Assembly: GCA_046757165.1 (NCBI GenBank)
Contig: JBHHXT010000116.1
Span: forward strand, 1-13,922
DNA from: a bacterium
GTDB taxonomy: Bacteria; Zhuqueibacterota; Zhuqueibacteria; Oceanimicrobiales; Oceanimicrobiaceae
Direction: 5' to 3'
DNA: 13,922 bases
Below, piece after piece: positions 9,557 to 13,922 of the stretch. The position numbers and the translations under genes were made by a program. The stretch's first letter is position 1, and every line of letters starts with the position of its first letter. The notes below the pieces were generated by a model, which was not told the origin of the DNA, searched no databases, and saw nothing but the letters and a program-made list of their open reading frames with translations.

Positions 9557-10894
9557 TCAGATTTCCTCCATCTTCCACTTGCCACTCTTGAAACGCACAT
9601 AGTTGACCAGGGAGCGCAAGATCTCGTCTCCCAGGTGCACGAGCCAGAGCGCGGCCAGTGAGTAGTGCAGCGCAAAAACCAGCAGCCAGTTCAGACCGAT
9701 TTCCAGAAAAAGGACGCTGGCGATGGTCACCCACATGAGCCAATTCAGGTCGCCCACACCGCGCAGGTTTCCAATCAAAACGCCATCCAGCGCCTTCGGG
9801 ATCTGCACCAGGGCAAAAATGATGATCACGGAAGCGCCCAATTGCACAACCGCTGCCTCTGAAGTAAAGATGGCAACAAGCGGTCTGGAGAAGACCGCCA
9901 TCAACAAGAAAACCGCAACGGCAAAAACAAACACAATCCGATTGGCGGCGAGGGCCGTCCGGAAGACGTTCACACGGTCAGCAGAGCCGAGATTCTTGCC
10001 GACCAGCGTCATGGCGCCCAGCCCAAAGCCGAGGTAAAACATGGAGAGAATCGCCTGAATGCGCAGGAAGACCTGGTGCGCTGCCAGCACCGTAATGCCG
10101 AGCACCGCCGCATACCCCGAGACGATCAACTGGCCGATCGCCCAGACGAGCTGCTCTACCGTCGTCGGGATCCCTGCCTTGAACAAGCGCCGGAAGGTCT
10201 TCATGTTCGGCGTTGTCAGCTCGCGAAAGGAGAGAAAAAGCGCGATTTTGCGGCTGCGCAAAACAAGGGTTGTGGCGACGAACCCGAGGGAATGGGAAAT
10301 GCCCATGGCCATGGCTGCGCCGCGGACCTCCAGCCGCGGCAACCCGAACAAGCCAAAGATCAACAGGGGCGCAAGGACGAAGTTGAGCGCCACCACCGAC
10401 AAATTGATCATCATGGCAAAGCGGGTTTCGCCAGCGCCGCGAATGATGCCCAGGGCGACGAAGTTGGTCAGAACCAGCGGCCCGAACGTGGCGACGGTCT
10501 TCAGATAGGTGATGCCAGCCGCTCTGGCCCCGGTCCCGGCCTCGCGAATGAGTTTGAAAATCAAGTCCGCGCCAAAATACCACATCAGAGAAATGGCCAG
10601 AGCCATGCCCGTGCCGAGCATCAACGCCTGGCCCATGATGTGATTCGCCTCCCATGTCTTCTTCTCGCCGAGGTAACGATTGATGATTATTGAGCTGCCC
10701 ACGACAAAGGTCAGGAGCAGGGTCAAAACCACGATGATGATTTGCACGGCCATGCCGTGACCACCGAACGCCGCTGCGCTCAGCCTGCCGATCAGAATCG
10801 ACTCGAAGGTCCACATGAAGGTCGAAGCAGAGAGGTCGATCACCGCCGGAAGTGACGTCTTGAGGACGGTTCGAAGTGGAGACTTATCGGGCAA
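9557..10894 (-). CDS. MATE family (MOP superfamily) transporter
   Basis: 445 aa with roughly 12 hydrophobic segments in two repeats. Signatures IIRGAGET, LNFVLAPLLIFG.FGLP.LEVRGAAMA, KAGIPTTVEQ, LVGKNLG, GNLRGVGD and C-terminal RFKSGKW. TTG start is uncertain. Confidence 0.92.
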   Translation of the reverse strand: MPDKSPLRTVLKTSLPAVIDLSASTFMWTFESILIGRLSAAAFGGHGMAVQIIIVVLTLLLTFVVGSSIIINRYLGEKKTWEANHIMGQALMLGTGMALAISLMWYFGADLIFKLIREAGTGARAAGITYLKTVATFGPLVLTNFVALGIIRGAGETRFAMMINLSVVALNFVLAPLLIFGLFGLPRLEVRGAAMAMGISHSLGFVATTLVLRSRKIALFLSFRELTTPNMKTFRRLFKAGIPTTVEQLVWAIGQLIVSGYAAVLGITVLAAHQVFLRIQAILSMFYLGFGLGAMTLVGKNLGSADRVNVFRTALAANRIVFVFAVAVFLLMAVFSRPLVAIFTSEAAVVQLGASVIIIFALVQIPKALDGVLIGNLRGVGDLNWLMWVTIASVLFLEIGLNWLLVFALHYSLAALWLVHLGDEILRSLVNYVRFKSGKWKMEEI

Positions 10895-10966
10895 ACTTTG
10901 ATAACATCCTGGTTAATTGAGTTCTTTCGACTTCGCCTATTTCTGGAATCTTAGCGGCTACGGGAG

Positions 10967-11048
10967 GTGGCAATCTCCCTGCTCAATCAGGGAGATCTCA
11001 CAAAAAGCGCTCACAATGACATCTCTTACGAACTTTTTGCCCGGCCTC
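10967..11048. repeat. Decayed palindromic repeat (GTCATTGCGAG...CAATCTC / GAGATTGC-type REP-like), intergenic
   Basis: 9-bp hairpin ATCTCCCTG-CTCAAT-CAGGGAGAT (10973-10996) flanked by GTGGCA and CGCTCACAATGAC. Shares a 14-mer with 6986-6999. The family resemblance is from memory of CGTC-type REPs, not from a search. Confidence 0.55.
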
Positions 11049-11062
11049 TGTGTCCGTCCAGG

Positions 11063-12385
11063 TCAATCATAGTACTCCAAACCCAGGTGCGTGATCAGTT
11101 CCTCCCCGCGCAGGTAGCGCAGCGTGTTTTTGAGCTTCATCAATTGGATGAAAATATCGTGCTCCGGGTACAGCCCTTCTGCGACTTGTGGGCTCTTGAA
11201 ATAGAAAGAGAGCCACTCTTGAATCCCCTTCATGCCACAACGCCGCGCCAGGTCCATGAAAATGACCAGGTCCAGCACAATGGGCGCCGCCAGGATGCTG
11301 TCCCGGCAAAGAAAGTCGATCTTGATCTGCATGGGGTAGCCGAGCCAGCCGAAGATGTCGATATTATCCCACCCTTCTTTGTTGTCGCCGCGCGGCGGGT
11401 AGTAGTTGATGCGCACCTTGTGATAGAAATCACCGTAGAGGTCTGGATAGACTTCTGGCTGCAAGATGTAATCGAGGACGCCAAGCTTGCTGACTTCCTT
11501 GGTCTTGAAAGCTGCCGGGTCGTCGAGCACCTCACCATCGCGATTGCCGAGGATGTTGGTTGAAAACCACCCGTTCAAGCCGAGGTGCCGCGCTTTGAGT
11601 CCGGGAGCCAGGATGGTTTTCATGAGCGTCTGGCCGGTTTTGAAATCCTTGCCGCAGATGGGCACGCCTTGCTTTCTGGCGAATTCCACCATGGCCGGGA
11701 AATCGGCGGATAGATTGGGGGCGCCATTGGCGTAGGGCACGCCTTCTGAGATAGCTGCGTAGGCATAGACCATGCTGGGCGCAATGGCCGGATGGTTTTC
11801 TTGCAGAGCCTTCTCAAACGCGGCCAGGTCCTGGAAGATCTCATCTTTTGAGTCCATAAAGACTTCCGTACTGCCACACCAGACCATGACCATTCTGTCC
11901 AGCTTGTGCTGCTCTTTGAAACTGCGGATGTCTTGCCGCACCTGTTCGGCAAGCTCCCATTTGCTGGCAGCCGATTTAACGTGCGTGCCATCCAATTTCT
12001 TGACGAACTCTTTGTCGAACACGGCTTTCCAGGGTTTGACGCGCTCCAGCTCGGGTTTGATTTGTTCGAGCAAATAGCGGTCGAGCACACCAGCGTTCCT
12101 GGCAGCCTCGAAACAGTTGTCCTCGAAGATGTCCCAACCACCAAAGACCAGGTCATCCAACTCAGCCAAAGGCACGAATTCTTTGATTTCGGGCGTGCGG
12201 TTTTCAGTGCGCTTACCCAGACGAATCGTCCCCATTTGGGTGACAGAGCCGATAGGCTTGGCAAGTCCTTTGCGTACCGCCTCGACACCGGCGATGAAGG
12301 TTGTCGCTACCGCGCCGAGCCCTGGTAATAAGACGCCTAACTTACCTTTAGGTTCTGCGATGGTGATGATTTTGCGTGCCAACAT
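11063..12385 (-). CDS. ino1: myo-inositol-1-phosphate (inositol-3-phosphate) synthase, MIPS
   Basis: NAD-binding LPGLGAVATT, FGGWDI, VWCGSTE, YANGAP, GKDFKTGQT, NILGNRDG, GDNKEGWD, CRDSILAAP, LSFYFKSP. Strong SD AAGGAGGAG. Long (440 aa) Bacteroides-like form. Confidence 0.96.
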   Translation of the reverse strand: MLARKIITIAEPKGKLGVLLPGLGAVATTFIAGVEAVRKGLAKPIGSVTQMGTIRLGKRTENRTPEIKEFVPLAELDDLVFGGWDIFEDNCFEAARNAGVLDRYLLEQIKPELERVKPWKAVFDKEFVKKLDGTHVKSAASKWELAEQVRQDIRSFKEQHKLDRMVMVWCGSTEVFMDSKDEIFQDLAAFEKALQENHPAIAPSMVYAYAAISEGVPYANGAPNLSADFPAMVEFARKQGVPICGKDFKTGQTLMKTILAPGLKARHLGLNGWFSTNILGNRDGEVLDDPAAFKTKEVSKLGVLDYILQPEVYPDLYGDFYHKVRINYYPPRGDNKEGWDNIDIFGWLGYPMQIKIDFLCRDSILAAPIVLDLVIFMDLARRCGMKGIQEWLSFYFKSPQVAEGLYPEHDIFIQLMKLKNTLRYLRGEELITHLGLEYYD

Positions 12386-12470
12386 ACTCCTCCTTTTGTT
12401 AATTTCAAGCAGGCTTTGTTATGATACGCCTTCGGTGTAATCGCCTCGAATTCACTCTTTAGATCTCGCC

Positions 12471-12494
12471 CTCTGCCCCCTGCCCTCTGCCCCC
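12471..12494. repeat. Heptamer tandem repeat C(T/C)CTGCC x3
   Basis: CTCTGCC-CCCTGCC-CTCTGCC-CCC directly after the stop codon of the CDP-alcohol phosphatidyltransferase gene. Confidence 0.6.
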
Positions 12495-13165
12495 TAATCT
12501 CCCAGCAACTCTTCCATCTCCTCTTCAGTCAGCTTTTCCTTCTTCTTGCCGTTCTCCTGCGTCCAGACATGGTAGATCCGCTGCACGGCGGTGATGTTGG
12601 CAAAAATCGCGATAAGCAAAATCGCAAAAATGAGCGTGGAGAGATGGATGAGGGCGCCTATGCCAATGTAGACCACTCGCTCCGGACGCTGCATGATGCC
12701 AACTTTGCAGTGGAAGCCGAGAGCTTCGGCGCGCGCACGCACGTAGCTCACCATGATGGAGCCGCCAAGGGCAAAGGACACCGCCACGGAGCTGATGAAC
12801 ATGTCCTGCTTGACGAAATAAAACACCAGACCAAAAAACATGATGACCTCTGAGTAGCGGTCCAGCGTCGAGTCGTAAAGCGCGCCAAATTTGGTCACCC
12901 GGTTGGAGAGACGGGCAACCTTGCCATCGACGATATCGAAGGTGCCGGCGAGCAGAACGATAGCGCCGGCGATACGCAGGAATCCGGTCGCAAAAAGCAC
13001 GGCCGCGCCTACCGTGAGAATGAACCCGATGGTGGTAAAAAAATTGGGGTTGAGCTCGAGTCTGATAAAGAAATTGATCACCGGCTCAATCAGCCGCAAA
13101 TACCAGTTCTTGACCCCGTCCGGTAAGATCTCCATCTTCACGTTAAACAACTTTAAAGCAGCCAA
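12494..13165 (-). CDS. CDP-alcohol phosphatidyltransferase, probable phosphatidylinositol-phosphate (PIP) synthase
   Basis: Family motif DIVDGKVAR-x8-GALYDSTLD and PNFFT. PIP/archaetidylinositol-phosphate-synthase-like segments SYVRARAE and QRPER. Directly upstream of ino1. TTG start at 13165 has AAGGAG 8 nt upstream; alternative ATG at 13135. Confidence 0.85.
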   Translation of the reverse strand: MAALKLFNVKMEILPDGVKNWYLRLIEPVINFFIRLELNPNFFTTIGFILTVGAAVLFATGFLRIAGAIVLLAGTFDIVDGKVARLSNRVTKFGALYDSTLDRYSEVIMFFGLVFYFVKQDMFISSVAVSFALGGSIMVSYVRARAEALGFHCKVGIMQRPERVVYIGIGALIHLSTLIFAILLIAIFANITAVQRIYHVWTQENGKKKEKLTEEEMEELLGD

Positions 13166-13180
13166 AGCGAAGTCTCCTTT

Positions 13181-13876
13181 TTAGTCTCCTTTACCTGCCA
13201 AGATCAAAACAAATTCGCCTTTTAGTTTCATGTGTGGCAGGTTTTCGATCAGCTCATCGAGGGACCCTCTTGCCACTTGCTCAAACTTCTTGGTCAACTC
13301 ACGCACAATCGCGGCCTGACGGTTGCCGAGATGGGTCACGAGATCTGTCAGGGTTCTGGCGATGCGATAGGGGGATTCGTACAAGATAATCGTCCTCCGC
13401 TCAACGGCCAACAATTCCAGCCGCTTTCGACGCCCTTTTTTGACCGGCAAGAAGCCCTCGAACACAAAGCGGTCCGTCGGCAAGCCCGACAAAATCAGGG
13501 CGGGCACAAAGGCCGTGGCCCCGGGGACCATCTCGATCTCCATGCCGTTGTCAATACACGCTCTGACCAGCCGGAACGCCGGATCGGAGACGCCTGGCGT
13601 TCCGGCATCTGAAACCAGCGCAACCGCCGCGCCGGCGCGCAGCCGGTTGAGCAGATGCGGAATCTTCTTTTCCTTATTGAAATCGAAGTAGCTGGTGGTT
13701 GGCGTTTTGATATTGTAGTGTTCTAACAGAATGCGCGTATGCCTGGTGTCCTCTGCTGCAATCAAATCGACCTCTGATAGAACGTCAATGGCTCTCAGGG
13801 TGATATCTTTTAGATTTCCAATCGGGGTGCTGACGACGTATAGTTTCCCCGCCAACTCATGGTCGCTGCCACTCAT
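13181..13876 (-). CDS. rsmI: 16S rRNA (cytidine1402-2'-O)-methyltransferase
   Basis: LYVVSTPIGNLKDITLRA, IAAEDTRHT, ALVSDAGTPGVSDP, FEGFLP, ILYESPYR, RELTKKFE, KGEFVL. Short form without the C-terminal extension. Confidence 0.96.
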   Translation of the reverse strand: MSGSDHELAGKLYVVSTPIGNLKDITLRAIDVLSEVDLIAAEDTRHTRILLEHYNIKTPTTSYFDFNKEKKIPHLLNRLRAGAAVALVSDAGTPGVSDPAFRLVRACIDNGMEIEMVPGATAFVPALILSGLPTDRFVFEGFLPVKKGRRKRLELLAVERRTIILYESPYRIARTLTDLVTHLGNRQAAIVRELTKKFEQVARGSLDELIENLPHMKLKGEFVLILAGKGD

Positions 13877-13922
13877 AAATTCTCTTCACAAAACCCCGTC
13901 ACGGCGTCTAATCTCGAACCGC

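Noticed and set aside
9978..10814. 278-aa alternative-frame ORF within the MATE gene (also 11620-12288 within ino1)
   Set aside because: Arg/Gly/Ser-rich off-frame translations of real genes with no supporting motif or RBS.
10973..10996. Intrinsic terminator for ino1
   Set aside because: The hairpin has no following U-tract on the minus strand and is better explained as part of a decayed repeat.
11063..13165. Di-myo-inositol-phosphate (compatible solute) pathway
   Set aside because: No IPCT nucleotidyltransferase gene or fused domain in the window, and the transferase motifs fit PIP synthases better.

Overview
A GC-rich, gene-dense bacterial chromosomal window with ten intact protein-coding genes, all on the minus strand. 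In transcription order they are rsmI, a CDP-alcohol phosphatidyltransferase of phosphatidylinositol-phosphate (PIP) synthase type, myo-inositol-1-phosphate synthase (ino1), a MATE/MOP transporter, tmk, an S41A C-terminal protease, ppdK, an MtnX-like HAD-IB phosphatase, a UbiB/AarF (ABC1) atypical kinase and an HD-domain CCA-adding enzyme. Intrinsic terminators follow the protease and ppdK. The protein styles (Bacteroides-type MIPS, short RsmI, Ctp with a long C-terminal extension) suggest an FCB-superphylum organism such as KSB1 or a Calditrichota-like lineage; this is inference only. The region is mostly housekeeping, with no transposase, CRISPR array, tRNA/rRNA or defence system visible. The most notable items are a compact inositol-phospholipid module (PIP synthase + MIPS) that lacks its phosphatase and is followed by a MATE protein with non-canonical residues, a 106-bp nested-palindrome REPIN/MITE-like element, and a second, decayed repeat family shared by two intergenic spacers.
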